From an uncultured Clostridia bacterium (lineage in GTDB: Bacteria > Bacillota > Dehalobacteriia > UBA4068): 64,000 bases of DNA. The DNA lies in NCBI GenBank assembly GCA_944393575.1, contig CALYAP010000029.1:1987-65986 (forward strand), in the 5' to 3' direction. The position numbers and the translations under genes were made by a program. Positions within the stretch are counted from its first letter, which is position 1, and the number at the start of each line of letters is the position of its first letter. Shown here in pieces: positions 29,164 to 39,281 of this stretch. The notes under the pieces are model-generated. The model was not told the origin of the DNA. It ran no database searches and saw only the letters and a list, made by a program, of their open reading frames with translations.

Positions 29164-30718
29164 ACTAGGCATATTGATCAAAAATTATCTGCTCCTGGCA
29201 TGGGGCGAAATCAAATATAAGAAAAAGAAAGGCGGCCGCACCATCGGCTCACTGGCCTTAATCGTTGTGCTTGGCGCTTTTCTCATTTTTGTCATGGGCA
29301 GTTCAGCTGCTGGGCAAATCTATTCATACCAGCCTTTCGGTATGGCCCATATTGCCTTGGCTTATAGTTTGATGTTGGCTTTAGTGGTCAGCTTGTTGAT
29401 GGCGATTATGCGCGGTTCTATGGGTAGCAATACCGCTGATGCTGAGCTTTTGTTATCACTGCCGGTAACACGCCAAACAGTGATCGTGGCCAAGAGCTGT
29501 TCCAAATATCTTTTTGAGCTGTGGCCCATGGTGGTCTTTTTCCTGCCGGCCCTAGTCGTCTATACTGTTATCATGGATAGCGGCATCGGCCTCTTGCTAC
29601 GCGGCATTCTCTTGGTATTGATGATCCCGCTGCTTTCGGTCGGCCTTTCCTATATTCTTAACTGGCTGTTTTTCAAGGCCGGCAGCAAGATCAAAAATCC
29701 GCAGAATGTAACTACAGCGCTGACCATGATCTTTTTAGTGCTGTACCTGGTCTTTGTTTTCACTATCAATAGCGGTGCTGCTACTATGGCGGATATTTCC
29801 GAGCTGGAAGAGCAGTATTATTCCTTTGCGCCGATCGCCTGGGGAACGGAGTTTATGCTCACTGGCTCCATCGTGCAGCTGCTGCTCTTTGCCTGTGTCA
29901 CGGTACTGCCTTTTATTATCGGCGTTTGGCTCTATGCTAGTATCTTCGGCCGCTCTCACCGTACCTGGCATTCGACCAAAACTACTATTGATTACCGGAG
30001 CAGAACCCCTTATCAGGCTCTGCTGAAAAAGGAGATCAGCCGTTATTTCGGCTCCTCGGCCTATTTTATCAATACCGGCTTTGGCATGGTGATGCTGTTG
30101 ATCTTGACCGTCGTCATCATTATCGGCAAAAACAGTTTTCTGGCAGAGATCTTGCCTTTCTTAGGCAATCTGGTGCCGGTTATCATTATTCTTTTTGCTT
30201 GTTTCTGCATCGCTACCTGCTATGTCAGCGCCTGCTCCATTTCTCTGGAGGGGAAAAATTTGTGGATTCTCAAGGTAGCGCCGGTTAGAACTCGCGATAT
30301 CTTCCTGGCCAAGCTTACCACTCACCTGGTGGTGACCCTGCCGGTGACCCTCATCTGCTCAATAGTATTGGTGCTGGTATTGGGTCTGCCTGCTGGCCAG
30401 GCCTGTCCTGTGATCCTGCTGCCCAGCGCCTATTGCCTGCTGACTGGGGTGATGGGTCTGGTGATCAATCTCAAAAACCCCAAGATGGATTGGGATGGTG
30501 AAGACAAGGTAGTCAAACAAAGCACGGCGGCTGTTTTGGGTATGCTCTGCGGCATGTTGCCGGCAGCAATCGTCTTTATCCCCTATTTTGTTTTTCTCCA
30601 GGGAATAGTTAGCTGGACCGCGATTTATCTGATCGCTCTAGCGCTCTTCATCTGCGCAGCGCTGATCATGTGGCTATGGCTCCGTGACCGTGGGGAAGAA
30701 ATTTTTGAGGCGCTGTAA
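29156..30718 (+). CDS. ABC-2 type exporter permease
   Basis: Multi-TM 520 aa; LLLSLPV and ISLEGKNLWILK motifs; overlaps the ATPase stop. Confidence 0.85.
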   Translation: MNKLGILIKNYLLLAWGEIKYKKKKGGRTIGSLALIVVLGAFLIFVMGSSAAGQIYSYQPFGMAHIALAYSLMLALVVSLLMAIMRGSMGSNTADAELLLSLPVTRQTVIVAKSCSKYLFELWPMVVFFLPALVVYTVIMDSGIGLLLRGILLVLMIPLLSVGLSYILNWLFFKAGSKIKNPQNVTTALTMIFLVLYLVFVFTINSGAATMADISELEEQYYSFAPIAWGTEFMLTGSIVQLLLFACVTVLPFIIGVWLYASIFGRSHRTWHSTKTTIDYRSRTPYQALLKKEISRYFGSSAYFINTGFGMVMLLILTVVIIIGKNSFLAEILPFLGNLVPVIIILFACFCIATCYVSACSISLEGKNLWILKVAPVRTRDIFLAKLTTHLVVTLPVTLICSIVLVLVLGLPAGQACPVILLPSAYCLLTGVMGLVINLKNPKMDWDGEDKVVKQSTAAVLGMLCGMLPAAIVFIPYFVFLQGIVSWTAIYLIALALFICAALIMWLWLRDRGEEIFEAL

Positions 30719-30788
30719 GCATCTTTAGCCAAAAAGCGCTCTTTGGCGCTAACAGTAGCCAGAGCGCTAAAAAAGCAGTTATTAGCAG

Positions 30789-30829
30789 CAAAACCCGCTT
30801 TCTTGCGACAGGAAGCGGGTTTTTATTTA
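30789..30829 (+). terminator. Intrinsic terminator
   Basis: AAAACCCGCTTTC...GGAAGCGGGTTTTTATTT. Confidence 0.75.
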
Positions 30830-30860
30830 TCCATAGCGCCAAGAAGGGACAAAAAGAGAC

Positions 30861-30889
30861 TTGCATTAAAGCAGCTATAAATATATAAT
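30861..30889 (+). promoter_or_regulatory. Sigma-A promoter of arcA
   Basis: TTGCAT-17-TATAAT. Confidence 0.65.
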
Positions 30890-30996
30890 GTTATCATACT
30901 ACAGTAGAACAGCAGACCCGTCAGCCGGGTTTTGAATAGAAAAAGTGAAGAGTTTAATAAAGAGGCAGACAGCCGTTACCTGGAGGAGGTGCCGGA

Positions 30997-32220
30997 TTGA
31001 GCAGCTATGTATGTGTACGGAGCGAGATCGGCAAGCTGAAAAGGGTAATGCTCCACCGTCCCGGGAAGGAGCTAGAACATTTTACCCCGTCTCAGATGCA
31101 CGAGATGCTTTTTGATGAGATCCCCTGGATCTCGCGGATGCGGGAGGAGCATGACGCTTTTGCTGAGGTATTGCGGCAGGAAGGCGCTCAGGTAGTCTAT
31201 ATTGAGGACTTTCTGCGCGATATTTTTGCTATCCCAGCAGTAGCGGAAAAATTTGTCGACCATCTGCTTAATACCGAGATCCGTCGCGACCGGCAGGAAA
31301 GCAGGCGTTTTCGCGAGTTGTTTATGACCAGCCGCCCGGAGGTCAAGGCCGCCTTTGCTATCTGCGGCGTTTATCCCCGCGATATCCAAGGCAAGCGGGA
31401 GAGCCTGGCGGATTATCTGCCGATGGATAAGACCCATTTGCTGAACCCACTGCCGAATATGTATTTTGCCCGCGACCCGGCAGCTGCAGTGGGCACTTCG
31501 ATGATCCCCAGCTATATGTCCACGCCGGCCCGCCACCGCGAGGGTGTGCTGATGAACCTGATTCTCAATCACCATTCCTGCTTTACCGGGACAGTGTTGC
31601 TTTATAATACCGAGCATTATAATATGCCGGTAGAAGGCGGTGATATCCTGGTTCTTTCTGATAAGGTGGTTGCCATCGGCTGTTCGCAGCGGACCAATTT
31701 CCATACTGCCGAATATCTTGCCCGCCAGATTCTCAATATGCATTCTACCTTTGAGAGCGTACTAGCAGTTTATCTGCCACCAGAGCGGGCTTTCATGCAC
31801 TTGGATACGGTGATGACCATGGTTCATCATGATGCTTTTGTTATCTATCCGCGGGTGATCGAAGACGTCACCGTGGTGGAGATGAAACGCCATCCTTCGG
31901 AAAATGGCCAGCTGGTCTATAAGCGCCATGATGATCTGCGCTCCGCCCTCTCCAAAGCCCTGGGTATCGGCAGCGTGCGGATGATCCTCTCCGGCGGCGG
32001 CGATAGCCGTACCGCTGCCCGCGAACAGTGGAATGACGGCGCCAACACCCTCTGTGTAGCTCCGGGACGGGTCATCGTCTATAACCGTAATGAAGCTACC
32101 AACCGTTGCTTGCGTCAGGCTGGCATCGAAACCATCGAGATCGAAGGCAGCGAGCTGGTTCGCGGCCGTGGCGGCCCGCGTTGTATGAGCATGACACTGG
32201 TCCGGGAAAGCGTTAAATAA
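30997..32220 (+). CDS. arcA: Arginine deiminase
   Basis: SEIGKLKRVMLHRPG, PLPNMYFARDP, EGGD, FMHLDTV, EQWNDG.N, GRGGPRCMS; TTG start after RBS GGAGG. Confidence 0.92.
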   Translation: MSSYVCVRSEIGKLKRVMLHRPGKELEHFTPSQMHEMLFDEIPWISRMREEHDAFAEVLRQEGAQVVYIEDFLRDIFAIPAVAEKFVDHLLNTEIRRDRQESRRFRELFMTSRPEVKAAFAICGVYPRDIQGKRESLADYLPMDKTHLLNPLPNMYFARDPAAAVGTSMIPSYMSTPARHREGVLMNLILNHHSCFTGTVLLYNTEHYNMPVEGGDILVLSDKVVAIGCSQRTNFHTAEYLARQILNMHSTFESVLAVYLPPERAFMHLDTVMTMVHHDAFVIYPRVIEDVTVVEMKRHPSENGQLVYKRHDDLRSALSKALGIGSVRMILSGGGDSRTAAREQWNDGANTLCVAPGRVIVYNRNEATNRCLRQAGIETIEIEGSELVRGRGGPRCMSMTLVRESVK

Positions 32221-32320
32221 AGCAGTAACTGCCAAGTAGGCTTTGATCGGCTCAAAAATTTAGAGAATTTTAGTTTATCAGCAAAAGATTTAATAGCAAA
32301 GCAAAAAGTAAAGGAAGCTT

Positions 32321-33685
32321 ATGGATATCATCAAGTTTGGCATCGAAAAGATCCTCTACCCTTTGATGGAGGCTAAACGGGGCAATCATGTCCGCGCTAA
32401 CACCAAGGTCTTATTGGCCTCGGAGCGTTTGTCCCTGCATGATTTGAAATCACTGCGCGAGGAGCGGCTGCGGCGGCTCCTCCTTCATTGCGTGGAGCAT
32501 GTTCCAGCCTACCGGCAGTATAAGGAGCTGGTGCCGCAGATCGTGACCGATCCTTTCACTGCCTTAACCAATTTCCCAGTGCTTACCAAAGACGCCTTTC
32601 GCATGGATCCAGAGAGCTTCATCGCTGATGATGCTGACCGTTCGACGCTGATCGCCAATAATTCCGGCGGCAGCAGCGGCCACCCGGTACAGTTTTATAT
32701 GAACCGTCATACTGTAGAGTATTATGAAGCCGCCCGTTGGCGTGGGCTGAGCTGGTATGGCATCACTCCCGGCAGCCGCAGCCTGTTGATCTGGGGTAAT
32801 CCTTTTGAACTGGATAAGATGGCGGAGCGGCGTTACCGCCTCACGGAGCGCTACCTGAAAAACCGGCGGATCATCCCGGCTTATGCTCTGGATCCGGCAG
32901 CCATGCCTGAGCATGTGCGCCTGTTCAATAGCTATCGTCCTGAATATATCTATGGCTATGCCGGGGCGATCGCCCTCTTTGCCCGGCTGATGAAGGAGCA
33001 GGGACTCCAGCTCAAGCACCGGCTGAAGGCAGTCGTTTCTACTTCGGAAACGCTTCAGCCCTGGCAGCGGGAGCTGATGGAAGAAGTCTTCCAGGCGCCG
33101 GTGGTCAATGAATACGGCGCCCGCGATGGCGGCATTATCGCCTACCAGTGTCCGGAGGGCGGCATGCATCTCTCAGCCGAGAACCTGGTGGCAGAGGTGA
33201 TCGACCTGCTGACCGGCGAGCTGCTACCAGCTGGCGAGCGGGGCTTGCTGTTGGTGACAGATCTCAATAATTTCGTTCAGCCGCGTCTGCGCTATCAGCT
33301 GGGCGATGAAGTAATCATGAGTGATCAGCTGTGTTCCTGCGGCCGGACTCTGCCGCTGCTGGCGGAGGTTTGTGGGCGAGAAGATGATATCTTTGTCACT
33401 GCTGACGGACAGTTTGTTCACGGCGTGGCCTTTGCTAACTGCATCAAGCGTCTGCCGGAGGTGGATGCTTTTCAGATCATCCAGCTCTCGCCGACAGAGG
33501 CCAAGGTGCTGCTGGTGACCAGGGACGGACTGGAACCGCCGGGATTGGACGGGGTCAAGGCTGATTATCAGGCTCTGCTGCCGGGAGCCAAGATCACCTA
33601 TCAGCTGGTGGATGCGATCCCTCCCAGCCCTTCCGGCAAGACTCGCTATGCTATCCGCCAGTTCCCCTTGGAAAACACTCGCTGA
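32321..33685 (+). CDS. Phenylacetate-CoA ligase / CapK-like adenylate-forming enzyme
   Basis: PVLTK, SGGSSG P-loop, NEYGARD, P.LRY.LGD, GREDD, SGKTR. Confidence 0.82.
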   Translation: MDIIKFGIEKILYPLMEAKRGNHVRANTKVLLASERLSLHDLKSLREERLRRLLLHCVEHVPAYRQYKELVPQIVTDPFTALTNFPVLTKDAFRMDPESFIADDADRSTLIANNSGGSSGHPVQFYMNRHTVEYYEAARWRGLSWYGITPGSRSLLIWGNPFELDKMAERRYRLTERYLKNRRIIPAYALDPAAMPEHVRLFNSYRPEYIYGYAGAIALFARLMKEQGLQLKHRLKAVVSTSETLQPWQRELMEEVFQAPVVNEYGARDGGIIAYQCPEGGMHLSAENLVAEVIDLLTGELLPAGERGLLLVTDLNNFVQPRLRYQLGDEVIMSDQLCSCGRTLPLLAEVCGREDDIFVTADGQFVHGVAFANCIKRLPEVDAFQIIQLSPTEAKVLLVTRDGLEPPGLDGVKADYQALLPGAKITYQLVDAIPPSPSGKTRYAIRQFPLENTR

Positions 33686-33847
33686 AAACCAACTCAAAAA
33701 TAAAACGGCAAGAGCTTTCACGATAATGCTGCTGTTGCCGTCATCAAAGCCGCTGTCTGATGAGACAGCGGCGCCGACCCCCCAAGCGGGCTGGCTGCTG
33801 GCCATTCCTCTGGGGGTTTTTTATGCGAAGTTTTTTATGAGAATGGT

Positions 33848-34273
33848 TTATTGCTCTAGTTCTTTGTGCATCCAAATATGCGGGCAGTATTCTTCCAAGA
33901 ATTCTTCTCCCTTGGCTGCGTAGCCTTGCTTTTCATAAAAGCCCTTTGCCCGCACCTGCGCTGCCAGGAGCAGCCTGCTGCCTCCCTGCTGGCGGATCTG
34001 TTGCTCTGCTTCCCGCAAAATGGCCGCGCCCAGCGCTTGTCCGCGAAACTCTTTTACTACCGCGATCCGCCCTACCACATAGCCTTGTTGTTCGTCGTCC
34101 CAAAAATAGCGGCAGGTGGCGATTGGCTGCTGCTCATCATAGAGAACGATATGATCGGCCTGTGGATCTATCGCGTCAAATTCATCGACAAACCCCTGCT
34201 CCTCCATAAATACTTTTTGGCGGATCAGCGCAGCGTCCTCTGGCAAAGAGTGATAGGTTTTAAAATGCAGCAT
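33848..34273 (-). CDS. GNAT acetyltransferase (ElaA/YjcF-like)
   Basis: IRQKVFMEEQG, GRIAV..EFRG, AQVRAKGFYEKQGY, PHIWM. Confidence 0.9.
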   Translation of the reverse strand: MLHFKTYHSLPEDAALIRQKVFMEEQGFVDEFDAIDPQADHIVLYDEQQPIATCRYFWDDEQQGYVVGRIAVVKEFRGQALGAAILREAEQQIRQQGGSRLLLAAQVRAKGFYEKQGYAAKGEEFLEEYCPHIWMHKELEQ

Positions 34274-34576
34274 TAGTCTTTCCCCTCTGGACAAATTCCC
34301 ACTGTGATGGCAGAAATTCCCCTTGTTTTCCCGGTAGAGTATTGCTTTTGAAGATCGTTATTTGATCCGATCTGCTGTTTAGATACTAGGAAGCGGCATG
34401 GAACATCTCCGCATGGGAACTCGTTATTTCCCCATTGGTATGGAAATAAAGGGGATAGAAATAAAGCCATCTTTTTCATAGAGATGAAGTGCTGGCTTTA
34501 AAATCTGGTTGACAAGCAAAAAACAACTCGCATCTATCCCGGTGCTGTTCAAGCTTTTTCGAGAAGCACGCTTTTT

Positions 34577-34873
34577 CTAGCCCAGCGCTATCCATAGCGC
34601 CAGTGCTAGCTGTAAGCAGAAGATCAGCGGTACCCCGAGGGTGAATTTGCGGCGGCGCGTCTTGTGATGGCATATCCAGATGGCAGCCCAGGCGCCGAGC
34701 GAGCCTCCCAGCACTGCCAGCAGCAGCAAGGTGCTCTCGGGAATGCGCCAGGCGTGGCGGCGGGCACGCTGTTTATCCACAGCAAAAATGATCAGCGTCA
34801 GCAGATTGATCAGCAGCAGATAGATGGCGAAAGCTGTGATATGTTGGCTGAAAAAAAGCTTGATACTGCTCAC
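34577..34873 (-). CDS. DUF1294 membrane protein
   Basis: DKQRARRHAWRIPESTL...GGSLGA...HHKT..KF. Confidence 0.9.
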   Translation of the reverse strand: MSSIKLFFSQHITAFAIYLLLINLLTLIIFAVDKQRARRHAWRIPESTLLLLAVLGGSLGAWAAIWICHHKTRRRKFTLGVPLIFCLQLALALWIALG

Positions 34874-35079
34874 TTCTGCTTTAATACCTCTCCTGAATTA
34901 TCTATCCTTGACTGATACCTGCCCAGAGCTTTTTTATACCTCAAAAGAGCAGCCGTTCCAAGCTGGTCTTTTTTGTTTTTGAGGCTTTTGGCCGGCTGCT
35001 TCGGTAGCTAAAAAAGTATTATTTTTAACTGAGATAGTAAAAGTCGCTATTTGTCAAGTTCTTTTTTTAACACGCTTTT

Positions 35080-35171
35080 TGTCGAATAATGCCACCTCAA
35101 AAGCATTATCCACAGAGTTATCCACATTATCCACAGGGTAGTATCCACAACAAATTTTCATTAGTGGATAA
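35080..35171. promoter_or_regulatory. DnaA-box cluster with an adjacent Spo0A box
   Basis: TTATCCACA at 35106, 35118, 35127; GTATCCACA 35141; AGTGGATAA 35163; TGTCGAA at 35080. Confidence 0.85.
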
Positions 35172-35176
35172 TTTTG

Positions 35177-37504
35177 TTATTTGCAAAAATAGCGGACAGT
35201 GACGCTCTCTCCGCCATAGCTGTTGATATAGCAGACATTCAAGAAAGAATTGGTTTCTTGGGGGATAAAGGAATTATAGAGGAACGCATATTCTGAGTAG
35301 CTGTTCTGGATCAGCTCTGCAATATCCTCAGCACCGCGATAGATGGTCTCGCGGTCCTTGCCCTCCGGATAGTAATAGGTAACTGTATCCTCAGTTTTGA
35401 TCAACTGGTTATTGAAGGAGACAAAGCCGTTCTCGATGGTTATTTCCGCCGGCCTATTCTCCAGATAGGGTGAGTTATTCACCGCTGGGCCAGAATTTGG
35501 CGATTGGTTATTATTTTGATTAAAGCCTTGTTCACGGTGCTCGCTGACCTTAATTTCGGTGATAGAATCAAGATCCGGTTGCCAGTATTGCGGCTCGATG
35601 TCAAAATCTGTCAGCAGTTCGATAGTCTGGGTGAAGCTGGCATAAATAGGGTAAGTGAGGGAGATATAACTATCCCGGTGCGTGTGTTTGCTGATCTGCC
35701 CCGGATCAGCATTATAGACCTGGAAGGTGATAGAGCCGATCGGCAGCTCTTCACGCATGGCAGTGCCGTTGAGCGCTTGCAGCTCCTGACGGTAGACCTG
35801 CAGCAGCTCATTGCAGTCCTTATCCAGGTTGTCGTTAGTGAGAGAATTATCATACTGCTGAATATGTTCCGCTTCAAAGGCTATAGCGCCGGCAAAACGA
35901 ATCTGCTCCGGAGCAAAGGAGAACAGCTGGTAGACATTTTGCCGGTAGACGGGATCATTATAGATGACTTCCATCTCATCGGCAATATCGCTGGCCAGGA
36001 TCTCCTGGGGGAAATATTGGCGGGTCACCACACTGCCGTCCTTGAGCAGATAGCGGATAAAAACAGAGGTGGTCTGCGGATAGGCATAATAGTTATTTTC
36101 CCAGTAATAGCTGTTATCGGCCGTATTGCTATTATTATTGATACATTTTTCCGCGATCGAGATCGCTGCCGCGATGCCGCTGGGACTTTCAATTTGCCCC
36201 AGCCTGATGCGGCTGTCAATGGTGACCGATTTGCTGAGATCCGCATATTCACCGGGATTTTCTTCCAGATAGCCAGCGCTGGAATATTCATAATAGCCGG
36301 CAGAAACATAGTTGGTACTGGTGTAGCTATTGAAGCCATCCAGCAGCAGCTCCACTTTAGCCACCTCTTCACTTTTGGGCAGATAAGTATTGTAGCCGCC
36401 AACATCGGTGACAAAGAGAGCGCAGATGCCCATGAACAGCACCATAGTAATGCCCAGCGGAGCCAGTCTTTTCGTGACAGCGCGGAAATCAGCGTGATAG
36501 ACGATCTCCATCAGCTGGCTGGCGATAACGCCGCCAAGAAAAGCGCCGATGAAGAACCATAGCCAGGAATTGTTTTGGATATCGCCCATGCTGTGCAGGA
36601 ACATCCCTGCCATAGCTGAGCTCAGTACTACCAGCGGATATTTGATAAAGGCGCGGCTTTTGGGAAAGGCCAGCGCTTTGCCGGCGGCCTCAGAGGGCCG
36701 GGCCTGGTAGAGACGTATTGCCAGCCAGATGAGCAGCGCAGTCAGCAGAAGCATGATCACTGCTTCCAGCCAGCCGATCGCGTATCGATCTCCGTTAAAA
36801 AAGAGCGTGGTATAGCGGGCTACCGGCGAGCTATGGCTGGTTAGGGCCACCCAGTCAGTAGTGCTGAACCAGGTGGGTTGCATTTCTGCACGCAGCCAAC
36901 GGTAAGAGTTGATTACTGCTGGGCCAAAGCTGAGAAAGACGATGGCCAAAATGCCGCTGACCACGCCGTTGCCGCTGAGGATCACTGCAATGACAGTGAT
37001 GGTGTAGATGAGTAAAAAGAGCAAGATATTGAGCCCAACTCCGGCCAGCATCGTCGGGATATTGAGCACTGGGAAGAGACCCATCGCAGCTACTACGATG
37101 AGCGTGAAAATCAGGTTGATCAGATAGGGCGCCAGCACCGAGATGGCTCCGGCCAGGTAATTACCCATCAATAGACGTGCTCTGGAGCAGGGCAGGCTAT
37201 GATAGAGATCGACTTTGTGGCGGCTATGCATCCAGGTGAAGAAGATCAGCCCCGCAGCAAATGCAGCGATGCAGAAAATCAGGATAGTATTGAAATTATC
37301 ACCAGCGGAGAAAAGCTTGGCTATTTCCTGGCTGATCTTTTGCGCCGCTACTGGTTCGCTGCGCCAGGTAGCGAAGAAAGACTGGAAGGTCATTCCGGCA
37401 TTGATCGGCATGGCAAAGAGGAAGGCCAGCAGGACGATGGCCGAGAACCACAGTTTCTTACGCAGGTTGAAGCGGATATTATAGGCCAAGATGGGGGAAT
37501 TCAT
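35177..37504 (-). CDS. ABC transporter permease with a large extracellular C-terminal domain (ytr-like operon)
   Basis: N-terminal TM bundle with VDLYHSLPCSR and R.SEAAG motifs; follows the ABC ATPase. Confidence 0.8.
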   Translation of the reverse strand: MNSPILAYNIRFNLRKKLWFSAIVLLAFLFAMPINAGMTFQSFFATWRSEPVAAQKISQEIAKLFSAGDNFNTILIFCIAAFAAGLIFFTWMHSRHKVDLYHSLPCSRARLLMGNYLAGAISVLAPYLINLIFTLIVVAAMGLFPVLNIPTMLAGVGLNILLFLLIYTITVIAVILSGNGVVSGILAIVFLSFGPAVINSYRWLRAEMQPTWFSTTDWVALTSHSSPVARYTTLFFNGDRYAIGWLEAVIMLLLTALLIWLAIRLYQARPSEAAGKALAFPKSRAFIKYPLVVLSSAMAGMFLHSMGDIQNNSWLWFFIGAFLGGVIASQLMEIVYHADFRAVTKRLAPLGITMVLFMGICALFVTDVGGYNTYLPKSEEVAKVELLLDGFNSYTSTNYVSAGYYEYSSAGYLEENPGEYADLSKSVTIDSRIRLGQIESPSGIAAAISIAEKCINNNSNTADNSYYWENNYYAYPQTTSVFIRYLLKDGSVVTRQYFPQEILASDIADEMEVIYNDPVYRQNVYQLFSFAPEQIRFAGAIAFEAEHIQQYDNSLTNDNLDKDCNELLQVYRQELQALNGTAMREELPIGSITFQVYNADPGQISKHTHRDSYISLTYPIYASFTQTIELLTDFDIEPQYWQPDLDSITEIKVSEHREQGFNQNNNQSPNSGPAVNNSPYLENRPAEITIENGFVSFNNQLIKTEDTVTYYYPEGKDRETIYRGAEDIAELIQNSYSEYAFLYNSFIPQETNSFLNVCYINSYGGESVTVRYFCK

Positions 37505-38378
37505 ACCCTACCACCTCCGTTTCGGTGATAAACACTTCTTCCAGCGAGAGCGGCAGCATCTCGATGAAGATCGGGTTGGCGGCCTGGATCTGCTGGAGAA
37601 TCTGCTCCTCATCGCCGCGGATAACCATCGTTTGCAGCCGTCCGCTGAATTTATTGCTGATGATATCCAGCGCAGGGAAATCATCTTCACTTTTATTATG
37701 GTCAAAAACGACCTGCAGCTTATGCACGCTGAGCTTCATCTCCTCCAGCTCTTTGGAGAGCAGCAACCCGCCCTTATGTAGCAGACCGACATGGTCGCAG
37801 ATATCCTCCAGTTCACGCAGATTATGCGAGGCGATGATCGGCGTCATTCCGCGGCTAGCCATGGCGTCGGCCATCAGGCTTTTGACCGCCTGACGGATCA
37901 CCGGATCGAGCCCGTCGAAGGTCTCATCGCAGATGATATAGGTAGTATTGGCAGCCAGCGCCAGGAAGACTGACAACTGTTTTTTCATGCCCTTGGAAAA
38001 GGTATTGACCTTGCGTTCACAGCCTAGTTCAAAGGTGTGCAGCAGCTGGTTAAAGATTTTTTTGTCGAAGCGGGGATAATAGGCTGCATAAAAAGAACCT
38101 TGTTCCCTCGGTGTGGTGTTGGGGAAGAAGTATTGCTCATCAGCGATATAGAAAATTTCCTGTTTAATGGGGGGATTTTCATAGACCTCTGCCCCATCGA
38201 CCAGGATAGTTCCCTCATTAGGGCGCAGAATACCACACATCATGCGTAGAAAAGTGCTTTTCCCCGCGCCATTAGTGCCCAGCAGGCCAAAGGCGCTGCC
38301 CTGCTTGATCGTTGCATCAACATGGTCCACGGCGCAGATATCGCCGAAATATTTAGTGAGCCCTTTGCTCTCAATCAT
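37479..38378 (-). CDS. ABC transporter ATP-binding protein (YtrB-like)
   Basis: GTNGAGKST, FSKGMKKQ, DETFDGLDP, LSLEEVF; start at 38378 overlapping the GntR stop. Confidence 0.93.
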   Translation of the reverse strand: MIESKGLTKYFGDICAVDHVDATIKQGSAFGLLGTNGAGKSTFLRMMCGILRPNEGTILVDGAEVYENPPIKQEIFYIADEQYFFPNTTPREQGSFYAAYYPRFDKKIFNQLLHTFELGCERKVNTFSKGMKKQLSVFLALAANTTYIICDETFDGLDPVIRQAVKSLMADAMASRGMTPIIASHNLRELEDICDHVGLLHKGGLLLSKELEEMKLSVHKLQVVFDHNKSEDDFPALDIISNKFSGRLQTMVIRGDEEQILQQIQAANPIFIEMLPLSLEEVFITETEVVGYEFPHLGL

Positions 38379-38769
38379 CTTTTTGATCACGCTCCTTAGC
38401 CTTAGCCTCTTGCCAGGCCTGCTCACAGATACCGATAAAATCGCCTTTGCTCATTCCCAGCGAACGGATCTCCTCCGCTAGCGCCCGCAGCTTATCTGCC
38501 AGCCGCTTGAGCGTTTCCTGCCGCAGGGTATCGGTATTATCAGAAACAAAGCTGCCTCTACCAGGCACAGAATAGATAACGCCCTTAGCCTCCAGCTCAC
38601 TGTAGGCCTTGGCGATGGTATTGGGATTGATGGAGAGCTCCACTGCCAGCGCCCGCACTGAAGGAAGCTGGCTGCCGGGAGAAAGCAGTCCGCGCGCTGC
38701 CAGATATTCCACACGGTCTACCAACTGACGGTAGATCGGCACTCTCGATTTGTAATCGATAGTAAACAT
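38371..38769 (-). CDS. GntR-family regulator, YtrA subfamily
   Basis: PIYRQL, LPSVRALA..L.INPNTIAKAY..LE..G.I....GRGSFV; short C-terminal domain. Confidence 0.92.
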   Translation of the reverse strand: MFTIDYKSRVPIYRQLVDRVEYLAARGLLSPGSQLPSVRALAVELSINPNTIAKAYSELEAKGVIYSVPGRGSFVSDNTDTLRQETLKRLADKLRALAEEIRSLGMSKGDFIGICEQAWQEAKAKERDQKDD

Positions 38770-39108
38770 AAACTCTTCTCTCCTGCCCGGCCACTGCCCG
38801 TTTACCTGCGCTGCTGTGATGCAGCTATCTACAAGACTGATGGCAGTGGTCTTGGTTCAGCACCGGCGCAGTTGCCTGGAGAATGCTGCCCAAACCGGCT
38901 TTGAACCCAAAGGTAATGATCCCACAAGTTTTATAATAATGTTTTGCTAAAGAAAAGTGCTTTAATAATGACGAATAAAGTTATCTTACAATAAGAAATT
39001 TATTTAGGATAATAAAATTTTAATAAATGAAAAAATGGCCAATAAGATAAAAATTAGCTTTAGCAGCTAAAGATCCTGCTTCTCGCCTATTTTTTATCAA
39101 TGCCGCTT

Positions 39109-39163
39109 AGTGTACTATTATGACTAATACAGCTAGTGTAGCTTATCTTTAGCGATTTGTCAA
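39109..39163 (-). promoter_or_regulatory. ytr operon promoter and YtrA-type operator
   Basis: Minus strand TTGACA (39163-39158)-17-TACACT (39140-39135); operator AGTGTA-N13-TACAGC at 39109-39133 resembles the YtrA AGTGTA-N13-TACACT site and overlaps the predicted start site. Confidence 0.78.
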
Positions 39164-39281
39164 GATTATTTCTTGACTAACCTAGACGTTTAGCACTTTA
39201 TGTCGGAAAAGTAGAGAATTTGACGCAAATAACCTGCTAAATCAGCCAGGAAAATCTTTCCATAAGAGCGAACACCACAGT

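Noticed and set aside
30861-30900. ArgR (ARG) box at the arcA promoter
   Set aside because: Only weak similarity in AT-rich promoter sequence
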